Made by a program: the position numbers and the translations under genes. Positions 20,976-32,080 of a stretch of 64,000 bases of DNA are shown here, piece by piece. Within the stretch, counting starts at the first letter, position 1. Each line of letters opens with the position of its first letter. The notes beneath the pieces are model-generated. The model did no database searches, was not told the origin of the DNA, and saw only the letters and a list, made by a program, of their open reading frames with translations. This DNA is from an uncultured Gemmatimonadales bacterium (GTDB lineage: Bacteria; Gemmatimonadota; Gemmatimonadetes; Gemmatimonadales; GWC2-71-9), in the NCBI GenBank assembly GCA_963821525.1, contig CAWGED010000004.1, forward strand, positions 96,001 through 160,000, written 5' to 3'.

Positions 20976-21593
20976 ATGTCGATCAAACGTCTACTTCGCG
21001 TCCTCGCATTCGGCCTCATGCTCGCCGGACTCGCGACGATTATTCCGTCCCGGGTCCACGCTCAGAATAGTCATGAAAGCAGCACCAGTCTGGGCGTCTG
21101 GGCCGCGATGTCCGCGCCGCTGGGCTCGGATCGCAGTGCAAGCTTGATCGGTACCAGCATCAACCGGCGCAACAGTTTTGCCGGCGGTGCCCGGCTCACG
21201 TTCTGGGGCACCAATATCCTGGGTGTTGAGGCAGTCGCCGGATTGACGCCGGCCAAAGTGGTGGCCGGAGCCAACATTAACGAGACCCGCAGCCTCGACG
21301 TCTTCGCCGGTGGGGTCAAGCTGATGGTCGGGTTGAGTCCCAGCATGTCGCCGGTAGGATTTCACGTGGGCGCGGGTCCCGCGATCGTACGTCGCGGTCA
21401 CTACGGCCTCGACCAATCGACTAGTAAGACGAACTTGGGCGGCCTCTTTGGAGCGGGCTTCAGGTTCCCTATTAACCAGACACTTGGGTTCCGGCTGGAC
21501 GTGGAAGACTACGTATACAACGCTTCGATCGAAGGCAAAGGGAAAACCCAAAATGATCTTATCACTTCGGCCGGCCTGACAATCAAATTCTGA
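20976..21593 (+). CDS. Outer membrane beta-barrel protein
   Basis: Signal peptide, alternating amphipathic strands, C-terminal Phe; SD GGAGG. Confidence 0.8.
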   Translation: MSIKRLLRVLAFGLMLAGLATIIPSRVHAQNSHESSTSLGVWAAMSAPLGSDRSASLIGTSINRRNSFAGGARLTFWGTNILGVEAVAGLTPAKVVAGANINETRSLDVFAGGVKLMVGLSPSMSPVGFHVGAGPAIVRRGHYGLDQSTSKTNLGGLFGAGFRFPINQTLGFRLDVEDYVYNASIEGKGKTQNDLITSAGLTIKF

Positions 21594-21610
21594 TCAGCCC
21601 ACCGTCCGAA

Positions 21611-21654
21611 GTGAAAGGGTCCAGCGCCTCCCCGGTGCTGGGCCCTTGCTTCAC
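21611..21654. terminator. Hairpin between convergent genes (probable bidirectional terminator)
   Basis: AAGGGTCCAGC...GCTGGGCCCTT. Confidence 0.65.
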
Positions 21655-21670
21655 GTACAGCGGTCGATGG

Positions 21671-22929
<1,259 letters not shown>

Positions 22930-22930
22930 G

Positions 22931-23048
22931 GAGGTAGGGAGTAGGTGGTGGGGTAGTGGGTGGATGGGGGGTCCAGGTGGTCGGTGGGGAGCAGAGGGAT
23001 CGGAGAGTCGCAGTTCCCTACCCACTCCCTACACCCTACAACCCACGC
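22931..23048. repeat. Inverted GGTAGGG/CCCTACA degenerate heptamer arrays
   Basis: Visible between the DUF1080 and permease genes. Confidence 0.7.
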
Positions 23049-23051
23049 CAA

Positions 23052-23753
23052 TCACTGCAGCCCCCTCACCTTTATCCCCCGATACGCCACCCGATCGCCG
23101 TGGTCCTGGATCGCGATATGACCGCGGGTCGCGCGACCGTAACCTGGCCACTGCGCGAACTTGCTCGCCTTGACCTTCGCCTCCCAGTCGGGACTTCCCA
23201 GCTCGTACTCCACCGCCTTGGTCCCATTGAGCCAGTGCTCCACATGGTTTCCGTTCACGACTATCCGGACGGAGTTCCATTCGCCGACTGGCTTGAGGAG
23301 ACCAGCGGGTGAGGGGTAGAGCCCGAAACAGGAGCCGGCCGCGGTCAGTCGAGACTGGCCATCCTTGTGGCCGGCGTCGTCCAGCACCTGCATCTCGGGA
23401 CCGGTTTCGTAGGTAGCGTCGGCGTCCTCGGTGACCCGGTACATGATCCCGCTGTTGCCGCCCGGAGCGATCTTCCACTGCAGCGCGAGCTCGAAGTTGC
23501 CGAACTCGTCGTTGGTGATCAGGTCACCGCCTTCCCCGACTCGAGTGATCGCGCCGTCGACAACCTTCCAGCCGTCCGGTACACTGGTCTTCTTGAACCC
23601 GCGCCATCCATTCGTGGTCGAGCCATCGAACAGGAGTCGCCAGCCCTCCTGTTTCTCTTTCTCGGTCAGCATGTTGGGATTCTCCTGCGCACTGGCGAGC
23701 GTAGCAGGGAGCGACAGAGCAAACACAAGCAGTAATGAAGAGGCGGCGCGCAT
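23052..23753 (-). CDS. DUF1080 (3-keto-disaccharide hydrolase/hydratase family) secreted protein
   Basis: GWRLLFDG, GNSGI, GPEMQVLD, GEWN, IQDHG. Confidence 0.92.
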   Translation of the reverse strand: MRAASSLLLVFALSLPATLASAQENPNMLTEKEKQEGWRLLFDGSTTNGWRGFKKTSVPDGWKVVDGAITRVGEGGDLITNDEFGNFELALQWKIAPGGNSGIMYRVTEDADATYETGPEMQVLDDAGHKDGQSRLTAAGSCFGLYPSPAGLLKPVGEWNSVRIVVNGNHVEHWLNGTKAVEYELGSPDWEAKVKASKFAQWPGYGRATRGHIAIQDHGDRVAYRGIKVRGLQ

Positions 23754-23761
23754 GGCGAGAA

Positions 23762-24178
23762 TCAGAGCTGGAGGGGAGTACGTTCATGAGGAGACAATTT
23801 GAACACCAAGCCATAGATGATCCCGCTTGCTATCCAGGCAAACGGAAAGGCTAGCAAGAGCTGCCCCCCGAAGGGACCAAGGACCAGACCTCCGATCCAC
23901 ACGAGGATCGGTGCGAGCACAGCGGCGAACAATCTGCGGCGACGAGCGTCCTTGCCTCGGCCGAGTAGGTGAATGGCCCAGCCGAGGAGCAAGACCGTCG
24001 GCAGGGCGATCAGAAGAAGCCCCGGTGCCTCGAACACCCCCCAAGCGCCCGCCTGATACCGAAGCTCGGCAGGATTGAACCCCCACATGCCCCTGACGGC
24101 GCCCTCTACCAGGCCGAGCACGCAGGTGAGCGGCAGGAAGATGGCCAGGTAGCGGAGGAGGTTGGTGAGGAAGAGCAT
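23762..24178 (-). CDS. Hypothetical membrane protein
   Basis: Four hydrophobic segments; SD GGAGG is not on this strand, so the start is inferred. Confidence 0.6.
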   Translation of the reverse strand: MLFLTNLLRYLAIFLPLTCVLGLVEGAVRGMWGFNPAELRYQAGAWGVFEAPGLLLIALPTVLLLGWAIHLLGRGKDARRRRLFAAVLAPILVWIGGLVLGPFGGQLLLAFPFAWIASGIIYGLVFKLSPHERTPLQL

Positions 24179-24346
24179 GGAGGTGTCAGGTGTCGGTGGA
24201 GAAAGGATACGTTTCAGCCGCCCACTCCGATAGTAAGTCTTGCTGGACGAGAACCCTGAGGCGAGGTAGGTTCGCTGTCGCCAGGTTCTCATTGTCGCTT
24301 GGAAGCCCCGTTCCCTGTTTCCCTGTACCCCGTTCCCGCGTTTCTC

Positions 24347-24736
24347 ATGCCTCGCCCAATTCACTTCGAGATTCACGCTGACAATCCGTCACGCGCCGTG
24401 AAGTTCTACGAAAGCCTCCTCGGCTGGCAGTTTACCAAGTGGGAAGGCCCGATGGAGTATTGGCTCATCAAGACCGGAAGCGAAGGTACACCGGGCATTG
24501 ATGGCGGCCTCGTGAAGCGCATGGGGTCGCCCCCGGCGGAAGCCGCTGCCGTGAACGCCTATGTCTGCACCGTAGACACTGACTCGGTGGATCAGACCAT
24601 CGAGAAGCTGACGGTTCTCGGCGGTAAGGTGGCGCTCCCCAAGATGGCTGTTCCCGGAGTGGGCTGGCTCGCGTATGGAAAGGACACGGAGGGCAACATC
24701 CTCGGATTCATGCAGGCCGATCCGCTCGCCAAATAG
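24347..24736 (+). CDS. VOC/glyoxalase family protein
   Basis: HFEIHA, FY..LLGW, DTEGN. Confidence 0.9.
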   Translation: MPRPIHFEIHADNPSRAVKFYESLLGWQFTKWEGPMEYWLIKTGSEGTPGIDGGLVKRMGSPPAEAAAVNAYVCTVDTDSVDQTIEKLTVLGGKVALPKMAVPGVGWLAYGKDTEGNILGFMQADPLAK

Positions 24737-24742
24737 GAGGCC

Positions 24743-25225
24743 ATGAGCCGAGCGCTGCTGGCCCTCCTGTTTCTTCTTCCAGCAGGCCTTGCCGCCCAGG
24801 CAAGAAAGAGCGCCTTCTTTTTCGAGTTCGGCGGCGCCGGCGGCTATGGCTCAGCCAACCTCGAGTTGGGCCTGAGCCAGCGGCTGCGGGTGCGAGGCGG
24901 AGCCGGCCTGATGTGGATCTGGCCCACCTTTCCGGTCACCGCATCGGTGCTGGTGGGACATGGCGCGCACCTCCTCGAAGTCGGAGGCGGTGCCACGTTC
25001 ATCGTCACTCCCGACGAGGGGTCTGGCGAAGACACACCACCCAATGATTTCATCGAGCACATTTTCTTCGCGGAGGGGCAAGGTACTCTCACCATGGCGA
25101 CGGGGATCGTGGGCTACCGCTGGCAGCCGGCGCATGGAGCAATGCTGCGCGCCGTGGTTACTCCGCTGTACTACGACGGAACCGTCCAGTTCTGGGGAGG
25201 GCTGTCCCTCGGATTCTCCTTCTGA
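24743..25225 (+). CDS. Hypothetical secreted / outer-membrane beta-strand protein
   Basis: Signal peptide, GYRWQP, C-terminal GFSF; SD GGAGG. Confidence 0.7.
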   Translation: MSRALLALLFLLPAGLAAQARKSAFFFEFGGAGGYGSANLELGLSQRLRVRGGAGLMWIWPTFPVTASVLVGHGAHLLEVGGGATFIVTPDEGSGEDTPPNDFIEHIFFAEGQGTLTMATGIVGYRWQPAHGAMLRAVVTPLYYDGTVQFWGGLSLGFSF

Positions 25226-25302
25226 AACCATCGCGTTTGTCACCCGGCCAGTCGCCACCTACCTTACGACCGGTTCCAATCCGATTCCTCAAACGCGGTT
25301 CC

Positions 25303-26715
25303 ATGATTCGCATCCGACGTACTGCCGCACTGTGGCTCGCCATTCTTCTGATTCCAATTTCGGCTCCCGCGCAATCGAGCCCATTCGACTACACCGCCCT
25401 GCGGGACGAAGCAGTTCAGCTCCTTTCCCAGTACCTGACGATCAACACCAGCAACCCGCCCGGCAACGAGCTGGCCACCGCGAGCTGGTTGAAGGAGGTG
25501 CTGGCCCGGGAGGGAATCCAAGGCCAGATCCTCGATACGGCGGAGCTGGGACCCGGTCGGGCCAATTTCTACGCCCGCCTCAAGGGCAACGGAAAGAAGA
25601 AGCCGATCGCCCTGGTACATCACATGGATGTGGTTCCGGTGACCGACAGCCAGTGGACGGTACCCGCCTTTCAAGGCTTGGTGAAGGACGGATACGTGTA
25701 TGGCCGCGGCGCGATCGACATGAAGGGCCACGGCATCATCCAGCTCATGGCCCTGATAGCGATCAAACGCTCCGGGATGCAGCTCGACCGGGACGTCGTC
25801 TACATCGCCAACGCGGATGAAGAGGTGAACGGCGATGGTGCCATCATCTTCGTCAAGCGGCACCCGGACCTGCTGCAGGATGTGGAATACCTGCTCACCG
25901 AAGGGGCGGACACGAGAGTAGAAGGCGGCAAGGTTCGCTGGTTCGGCATCGACGTGGGGGAGAAGCGTCCCCTCTGGACTCGGCTCGTGGTGGAAGGAAA
26001 GACTTCCCACGGCTCGGTGCCGATGGGGGATCAGAATCCGGTGCCAAGACTGGCGAGGGCGATCGAGCGAGTTTCGGCCTGGCAGACACCCCTCCGACTC
26101 ACTCCGGCGGTGGAGCGGTTCTTCAAGGCGCTCGCCACGATCGAGACCAGCCCCGAAGGCCGGAAGTATCTGGCCGATCCACACACAGCGCTCAGGTCAC
26201 CGGCCGGGCGGGCGTGGCTCCTGAGTGAGCCGGAGCGCAACGCTCTGTTGCGCAACACGATCTCACCGACCGTTCTGGTGGGTAGCAACAAGACCAATAC
26301 CATTCCCCAGCGGGCCACGGCCGACCTCGATATCCGGTTGCTTCCCGATGAGGATCCCGTTGCCTTTACGAAGGAATTGCGCCGGATCATCGCTGACACC
26401 AGTGTCAAGCTGGAGGAGATCGCACCGATTCCTCCCCGTTATGACGCGCCGCTCGACACCGAGCTGTTCAATGCAATCGAGCACGTCGCTGGAGAGGTGC
26501 TGCCCGGGATCCCGATCGCGACCCCGGTGAGCCCCGGCGCCAGCGACCGGCCGAGTTACGCCCAGGCCGGCATTATTACCTATGGGCTCGATCCGTATCT
26601 GATTCCTATTGAAGAGAACCGCTACGAGGTGCACGGAAACGACGAGCGGTTGTCGATAGACAACGTGGGTTGGGGAGTGAAGTTCTACCTGTTGCTCTTA
26701 TCCGGGATGCGATAG
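25303..26715 (+). CDS. M20/M25/M40 family metallopeptidase
   Basis: HMDVVP, GRGAIDMKG, DEE, HGNDE. Confidence 0.92.
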   Translation: MIRIRRTAALWLAILLIPISAPAQSSPFDYTALRDEAVQLLSQYLTINTSNPPGNELATASWLKEVLAREGIQGQILDTAELGPGRANFYARLKGNGKKKPIALVHHMDVVPVTDSQWTVPAFQGLVKDGYVYGRGAIDMKGHGIIQLMALIAIKRSGMQLDRDVVYIANADEEVNGDGAIIFVKRHPDLLQDVEYLLTEGADTRVEGGKVRWFGIDVGEKRPLWTRLVVEGKTSHGSVPMGDQNPVPRLARAIERVSAWQTPLRLTPAVERFFKALATIETSPEGRKYLADPHTALRSPAGRAWLLSEPERNALLRNTISPTVLVGSNKTNTIPQRATADLDIRLLPDEDPVAFTKELRRIIADTSVKLEEIAPIPPRYDAPLDTELFNAIEHVAGEVLPGIPIATPVSPGASDRPSYAQAGIITYGLDPYLIPIEENRYEVHGNDERLSIDNVGWGVKFYLLLLSGMR

Positions 26716-26717
26716 CC

Positions 26718-27650
26718 ATGGCGGAAGGACTGCACTTTCACACGCTCGACGTCTTCACCGATCGTCCCTTCGGCGGGAATCAGCTCGCTGTGTTCCCCGA
26801 GGCTCCCGAACTGGCCAAGGACGAAATGCAGCGGATCGCGGCCGAGTTCAACCTGTCCGAGACGGTCTTCGTACGACCGGCGCGAGATCCGCGAAATACC
26901 CGCCACCTCCGCATCTTTACTCCTGCGGAGGAGCTGCCGTTTGCCGGGCACCCGACGATCGGCACCGCACACCTGCTCGCCGCGCTTCGGGCCTTCCCGC
27001 TCAAAGGCGATAGAACGAACATAGTCCTGGAAGAGGAAGCGGGACCGGTTCAGGTCACCATCACGCAGCGAAAGGGGAAGCTGCCCTTCGTGGAGCTGGC
27101 GGCACCGGCACTTCCCACTTTCGGCCCGCCACCTCCGCACGCGTCGGAGCTGGCTGCAGTGCTCAATCTCGAGCCCGGAGACCTCCTGGATGGCGCCGAC
27201 GCGCCGCAGGCCTGCTCGTGCGGCGTTCCTTACCTTTTCGTTCCAGTGCGGGATCGGACGGTCCTCGCCCGGGTTCAGGTCGATGGGGGCGCCTGGCGAG
27301 CGGTCCTGGCTCACTACTGGGCACCGGCGGTCTACGTCTTCTGCCGGGACCCGGAGCTGAAAGGATCTACGCTGCGTGCCCGGATGTTCGGCCCCGGCCT
27401 GGGAATCGTCGAAGATCCCGCCACCGGTTCCGCCGCGGCGGCGATAGCGGGCTACCTCGCTTCGCGGGAGTCCACACGGGAAGGCACGCTGCGCTGGCGA
27501 ATCGAGCAGGGCTTCGAAATGGGCAGGCCCAGCCTGCTCGACGTCGAGGCCGATATTCGGCAGGGGAAGGTGAAGCAGGTGAGGGTGGGAGGCACCGCGG
27601 TGCGGATCAGCGACGGAGAGCTTCGGCCGCTGCCTACTAGCTCTCGTTAA
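26718..27650 (+). CDS. PhzF family epimerase/isomerase
   Basis: DVFT...GGNQLAV, NLSETVF, FAGHPT, EDPATGSA, QG.EMGRPS. Confidence 0.93.
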   Translation: MAEGLHFHTLDVFTDRPFGGNQLAVFPEAPELAKDEMQRIAAEFNLSETVFVRPARDPRNTRHLRIFTPAEELPFAGHPTIGTAHLLAALRAFPLKGDRTNIVLEEEAGPVQVTITQRKGKLPFVELAAPALPTFGPPPPHASELAAVLNLEPGDLLDGADAPQACSCGVPYLFVPVRDRTVLARVQVDGGAWRAVLAHYWAPAVYVFCRDPELKGSTLRARMFGPGLGIVEDPATGSAAAAIAGYLASRESTREGTLRWRIEQGFEMGRPSLLDVEADIRQGKVKQVRVGGTAVRISDGELRPLPTSSR

Positions 27651-27657
27651 GGCCGGT

Positions 27658-28200
27658 ATGCGGGCTCGCCTAGTTCTCATAGCGGGTCTTCTCGGCTGTG
27701 CCAGTCCGGACCTGGGCCCACCTGCTCCCCACGTCCTTCCGCCCACGCTCGATCTGGGGAGTGAGGGCCGGTACACTATCGGCGAACAGGCACCGTTCAA
27801 CAGGCTGTACCGGATGGGATCACCCGCGGACACGTTCGCGCTCCATGGAGTTCTCGATACGCGGGGCTCATCTACATGGCCCATCCTGGACGCGCTGATT
27901 CGGTAATGAGTATTCAGGTCAGCGTGGCAAAGTCCGGAGAGCTGCGGTGTATATCTGTGGAGTTCGGACCGAAGCTGGGCTACCGCTACATGCGGGACTA
28001 CTACCAATCTCTCTATGGTCCTCCCATCAACGAGCGGAGAGACCAATTCGGTTGGTTCGCTCTATGGGGCGACGCCTATCTTGCTTTTGGAGTTGCCGCG
28101 GGACCCTTCTCCTACGACAAGGGACCCGTCGTCCTCGCTCTCGGTGAACGGGACCCGGACAGGATTTGCACTCACGTGACTATCACGGCAAGTGCTAAGG
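27658..28200 (+). CDS. Hypothetical lipoprotein, probably frameshifted near 27890; 3' end uncertain
   Basis: Lipobox LLGC; a protein-like continuation in the shifted frame. Confidence 0.5.
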
Positions 28201-28836
28201 ATGGAAATCCTCGCCCCCGAGATCTCTCGCTACCTCGATTCGCTGGTCCCGCCTCGCGACCCCGAGCTCCAAGCCATGGAAGCCGCGGCGGCCAAGACCA
28301 ACTTCCCGATCATCGGCCCGGCGGCTGGCTACTTCTGCTATCTGGTAACCCGTCTCTCCGGCGCCCGCAGCGTCTTCGAACTGGGCAGCGGCTTCGGTTA
28401 CTCGACCGCGTGGTTTGCCCGGGGAGTGAAGGAAAACGGAGGCGGGGTTGTGCATCACACAGTGTGGGACGCCGAGCTCTCCGATCGCGCCCGGGGGCAT
28501 CTCACGGCACTCGGCCTCGACGACCTGGTCCAATACCACACCGCCGAGGCTGTCGCCACGCTGCGGGAAACGCCGGGACCGTTCGATCTCATCTTCAACG
28601 ACATCGACAAGGCCGGGTACCCCGCGTCCCTTCCCGTCATCTACTCCAAGCTCCGTCCCGGCGGAGTCCTGATCGTGGACAACCTGCTCTGGAGCGCAAA
28701 GGTGCTCGATCAGAGTGACCGCTCCGCAGACACCGAGGGCGTCCGGGAGTTTACCCGGCTGGTCATGAACGACCCGCACTGGACAGCCAGCATCGTCCCG
28801 ATCCGGGACGGGGTGCTCTTCGCGACGAGACGGTAG
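28201..28836 (+). CDS. O-methyltransferase (caffeoyl-CoA OMT-like, Methyltransf_3)
   Basis: ELGSGFGYS, DLIFNDIDK, VDNLLW. Confidence 0.9.
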   Translation: MEILAPEISRYLDSLVPPRDPELQAMEAAAAKTNFPIIGPAAGYFCYLVTRLSGARSVFELGSGFGYSTAWFARGVKENGGGVVHHTVWDAELSDRARGHLTALGLDDLVQYHTAEAVATLRETPGPFDLIFNDIDKAGYPASLPVIYSKLRPGGVLIVDNLLWSAKVLDQSDRSADTEGVREFTRLVMNDPHWTASIVPIRDGVLFATRR

Positions 28837-28918
28837 AGTCCTGAACCCGGCGGAGGCCACGCCCCGTACGGTGGCCCATCACCTCCCCTTCAGGTCTCGT
28901 CCTCCTCAAGGTGTCCCC

Positions 28919-30580
28919 ATGCGCGTCTCACTCGCCTGTGCGCTCCTGCTCCTGGCTGCCAATACCGCGGTGGCCCAGATGGCCAGTCGGGCAGCCACCT
29001 CCAGCGACATCACCGCCAAGGATCTGCGAGTCAGGCTCTTCCTCCTGGCCGACGACTCGATGGGAGGACGGGAGCCGGGATCCATCGGGAATTTCAAGGC
29101 CGCCGAATACATCGCGAGCGAGTTCAAGCGACTTGGCTTGAAGCCCGGTGGTGAAGGCGGCACCTACTTCCAGCAGGTGCCCTTCGTGCGCGAGCAACTC
29201 GACGACCAGGCGTCGCTCGAAGGAGCCGGAGTGAAGATGCTGGCGGGACGGGACTTCATCCCCGCTCTGTGGATTCCTTCCCGCACTGGGCCACTGGCCG
29301 GCGCGGGCACGATCTATGGCGGCAACGCGGCTGATTCGACGACCTGGATCGACAGCTCTACCGCTGCAGGCCACCTGGTGGTGCTTGACTCGAGGCCAGG
29401 GCCAAAGGGCCGCGAATACGTCAAGATTCTGATTCCCGCGCGGAGCACGCGTTGGCAGGGGGCCGCAGCGCTCGCCTTTGCCGAGCTGGACCTGCTCGAT
29501 GTCGGGGTCCGTCAGATGGTGACCGACGGTCGGGTGAGTGTCGATGCGCAAGCCGAGACGTCCGGGCCTCCGGTCCTGATAATCACGCCGGAAGCGGCGC
29601 AGACGCTCTTCAGTTCTCCGTTGGAGGGCCTGTCGCCGGGCGCGGCCGGAAAGGCGGTACAGGGGAACGTCACGGCCAAGCGGGCGCCCACCGCGTATCC
29701 CGCCCGCAACGTGATCGCCATTATTCCCGGGAGCGATCCCAAGCTGCGTGGGGAGTACGTCTCGCTCACGGCGCACAACGATCACGTCGGCTTCGGGCAT
29801 GATCCGGTGGACCACGATTCGATCCGCGCCTTCAACCGCGTCGTGCGGCCCTTGGGGGCCGACAGTCCGGTTCGTGACGCGACCCCCGAGGAGATGGGCA
29901 AGATCCGCATCATCCTCGACAGCCTGCGGGCGATTCATAAGCCACGGGCCGATTCAATCCGCAATGGCGCCGACGACGACGGCACCGGCACCGTCTCCAT
30001 CCTCGAGCTCGCCGAGTCGTTCGCGAAAGGAAAGCATCGGCCGAAGCGCTCGCTGATTTTCATCTCCCACACTGGAGAGGAGTACGGCCTGGTAGGCTCG
30101 GCCTGGTTCACCGATCACCCGACGGTTTCCCGCGACTCGATCGTGGCCGAGATCGATCAGGACATGATCGGTCGGGGTGACAGCAGCGATCTACCCGGGG
30201 GCGGCCCCTCTTACCTCGAGGTTGTAGGCGCTCGCCGGCTTTCCACCGAGTTTGGGGATATGCTCGAAGCGGCTAATGCAGCCCAGCGGCCGCCTTTCGT
30301 GTTCAGCTACACCTACGACGCGCCGGGGCATCCCTCGCAGTACTACTGCCGGGCCGATCACTACAACTACGCGCGCTACGGGATCCCCAGCGTGGTCTTC
30401 TCCCGGGGAGAGCATCTCGACTATCATCAAGTCACCGACGAACCCCAGTACATCGACTACGACAACCTCGCCCGGGTGACCCGGATGGTACACGACGCGG
30501 CCCTTCGGGTTGCCAGCGCGGACCATCGCCCCGCTCTCGACAAGCCCAAGGGAGACCCCAAGGCGCCCTGCGTCCAATGA
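28919..30580 (+). CDS. M28 family peptidase with PA-like insert
   Basis: AHNDH, NGADDDGTG, GEEYGL, DYHQVTD. Confidence 0.92.
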   Translation: MRVSLACALLLLAANTAVAQMASRAATSSDITAKDLRVRLFLLADDSMGGREPGSIGNFKAAEYIASEFKRLGLKPGGEGGTYFQQVPFVREQLDDQASLEGAGVKMLAGRDFIPALWIPSRTGPLAGAGTIYGGNAADSTTWIDSSTAAGHLVVLDSRPGPKGREYVKILIPARSTRWQGAAALAFAELDLLDVGVRQMVTDGRVSVDAQAETSGPPVLIITPEAAQTLFSSPLEGLSPGAAGKAVQGNVTAKRAPTAYPARNVIAIIPGSDPKLRGEYVSLTAHNDHVGFGHDPVDHDSIRAFNRVVRPLGADSPVRDATPEEMGKIRIILDSLRAIHKPRADSIRNGADDDGTGTVSILELAESFAKGKHRPKRSLIFISHTGEEYGLVGSAWFTDHPTVSRDSIVAEIDQDMIGRGDSSDLPGGGPSYLEVVGARRLSTEFGDMLEAANAAQRPPFVFSYTYDAPGHPSQYYCRADHYNYARYGIPSVVFSRGEHLDYHQVTDEPQYIDYDNLARVTRMVHDAALRVASADHRPALDKPKGDPKAPCVQ

Positions 30581-30595
30581 GGCGCGGTAACGTTC

Positions 30596-31021
30596 ATGAG
30601 CGATGTCATCCCCTTCACTCTGAAGGTTTCGGGCAAGGATCAATTCCGTGGCGTGAACGCCATCAGTACCTCCTACCGCTTTCATGGACGGTTGAGGTTC
30701 GATGGCGTATCGCTCTGGATCGAATGGACCGGCACCTACCGGGTCCAGGAGGTCGGGGCCCTGACCGTACGAGACGATGTGGCCCCGCTTCCCAACGAGT
30801 CTTTGATGGTTCCCCTCGCACGAGTGCTGAACGTGAGATTCCGTCGCGGCTGGCTGCGGCCTCGACTCGAACTATTGGGGCGGGACCTGGCGGTCTTTGA
30901 AACCGTGCCGGGTGAGGAGGAGGGAATCGCAAGACTATGGCTGGCACGCCAGGATCGCGAGATCGCGGCAAGCCTGGCAAGCGCAGTGAATCGGGCGATC
31001 GCTGAACTCTCCAACGCCTGA
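30596..31021 (+). CDS. Hypothetical protein
   Basis: ORF fills the gap with plausible codon usage. Confidence 0.65.
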   Translation: MSDVIPFTLKVSGKDQFRGVNAISTSYRFHGRLRFDGVSLWIEWTGTYRVQEVGALTVRDDVAPLPNESLMVPLARVLNVRFRRGWLRPRLELLGRDLAVFETVPGEEEGIARLWLARQDREIAASLASAVNRAIAELSNA

Positions 31022-31105
31022 ACAAGCCCATCTTGGTGTGTGCTTGCCGGTGGGCTTCCCAACCGGCACTTTATTGCGAGTAATACCCGCCCAAATGGAG
31101 GATGT

Positions 31106-31606
31106 ATGCTCGCGGCACTCGGCTTGGCCTTAGTCCTGTCCGCCCCACCCGCCTTACCCGCCTCGTTCGCTCGGTCCGGTCCCTGCGATCTCCTCGATCG
31201 CGCGACGGCGAGTCAGCTGCTCGGCAAACCCATCGCCAGCATGGAACCATCGGGCCCCGAGCCCGACGAGGACAGCGGTGGGATGCGCAGCGTCTGCGTC
31301 TACCAGGCTGGGACCAGCATGCTGATGGTTATCCAGGAGACGTTCAAGAGCGCCGCGGCTGCAAGTGACCTCACCACCCAGGAGCTGGTAGGCGAGCGGT
31401 ACGGTGGCAATGAAGCCGTCACGGTGGAGGAAGCCAGCGGGCTGGGAGACCGAGGCTTCTGGATCCACAGCCCTACTGCCGCCGAGTACGTAGTTCTGAA
31501 AGGGGCTAAGGTTCTGGCACTCCTGCTGGGCGGGACCACAAGGGCACCCAACTCATACCAGGAATCTTTGCGGGCGGTGACGGCGGGGCTGCTGGCGAAG
31601 CTCTAG
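31106..31606 (+). CDS. Secreted hypothetical protein (PCDLL...C, GLGD.G pattern, DUF3558-like)
   Basis: Signal peptide, SD GGAGG. Confidence 0.7.
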   Translation: MLAALGLALVLSAPPALPASFARSGPCDLLDRATASQLLGKPIASMEPSGPEPDEDSGGMRSVCVYQAGTSMLMVIQETFKSAAAASDLTTQELVGERYGGNEAVTVEEASGLGDRGFWIHSPTAAEYVVLKGAKVLALLLGGTTRAPNSYQESLRAVTAGLLAKL

Positions 31607-31687
31607 GTCGATCGCGGCTGCTGATTGATTTCAGGTTGAAGATTTGGACACGATTAATTGCAAAATTGGTAATTGCAAATTTCAAAT

Positions 31688-32044
31688 TTGAATCGCCCAC
31701 TCGTTGTCGCTGCGGCGACCGGCCTGCTCTCCTGCGGGGGCAGCGCGCCAACCATGGCGCGGCCGGTTGACTACATCCCGCCCACGGTAACTCTGACCTC
31801 GCCCGTGTCCGGCACCGCGTCCGGCAACGTGACGATCACGGCCAACGCGCACGACGATCAGCGCATGGGGAGCGTGAAGTTCTTCGTGGACGGCCAGGCC
31901 TACGGCCCCTTGGATCAGGCGGCGCCCTTTACGACTCAGTGGAGTTCCAATGCCGGAGGGACGTATACTTTCGGCGCCACGGCCTATGACAAGGCCGGTA
32001 ATGCCACCGCCGCCACCCCGGTATCGGTGACCTACCTTCCTTGA
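31688..32044 (+). CDS. Lipoprotein with bacterial Ig-like domain
   Basis: LLSC lipobox; PPTVTLTSP, VKFFVDG, ATAYDKAGN. TTG start inferred. Confidence 0.8.
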   Translation: MNRPLVVAAATGLLSCGGSAPTMARPVDYIPPTVTLTSPVSGTASGNVTITANAHDDQRMGSVKFFVDGQAYGPLDQAAPFTTQWSSNAGGTYTFGATAYDKAGNATAATPVSVTYLP

Positions 32045-32080
32045 CGCCGTTCGGGATGGCCTTATCCGCTGGAGGTAACC

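Noticed and set aside
31620..31695. AT-rich patch as an origin or foreign DNA
   Set aside because: It is short and explained by degenerate AATTGCA/GATTTCA heptamer units; no DnaA-box cluster.
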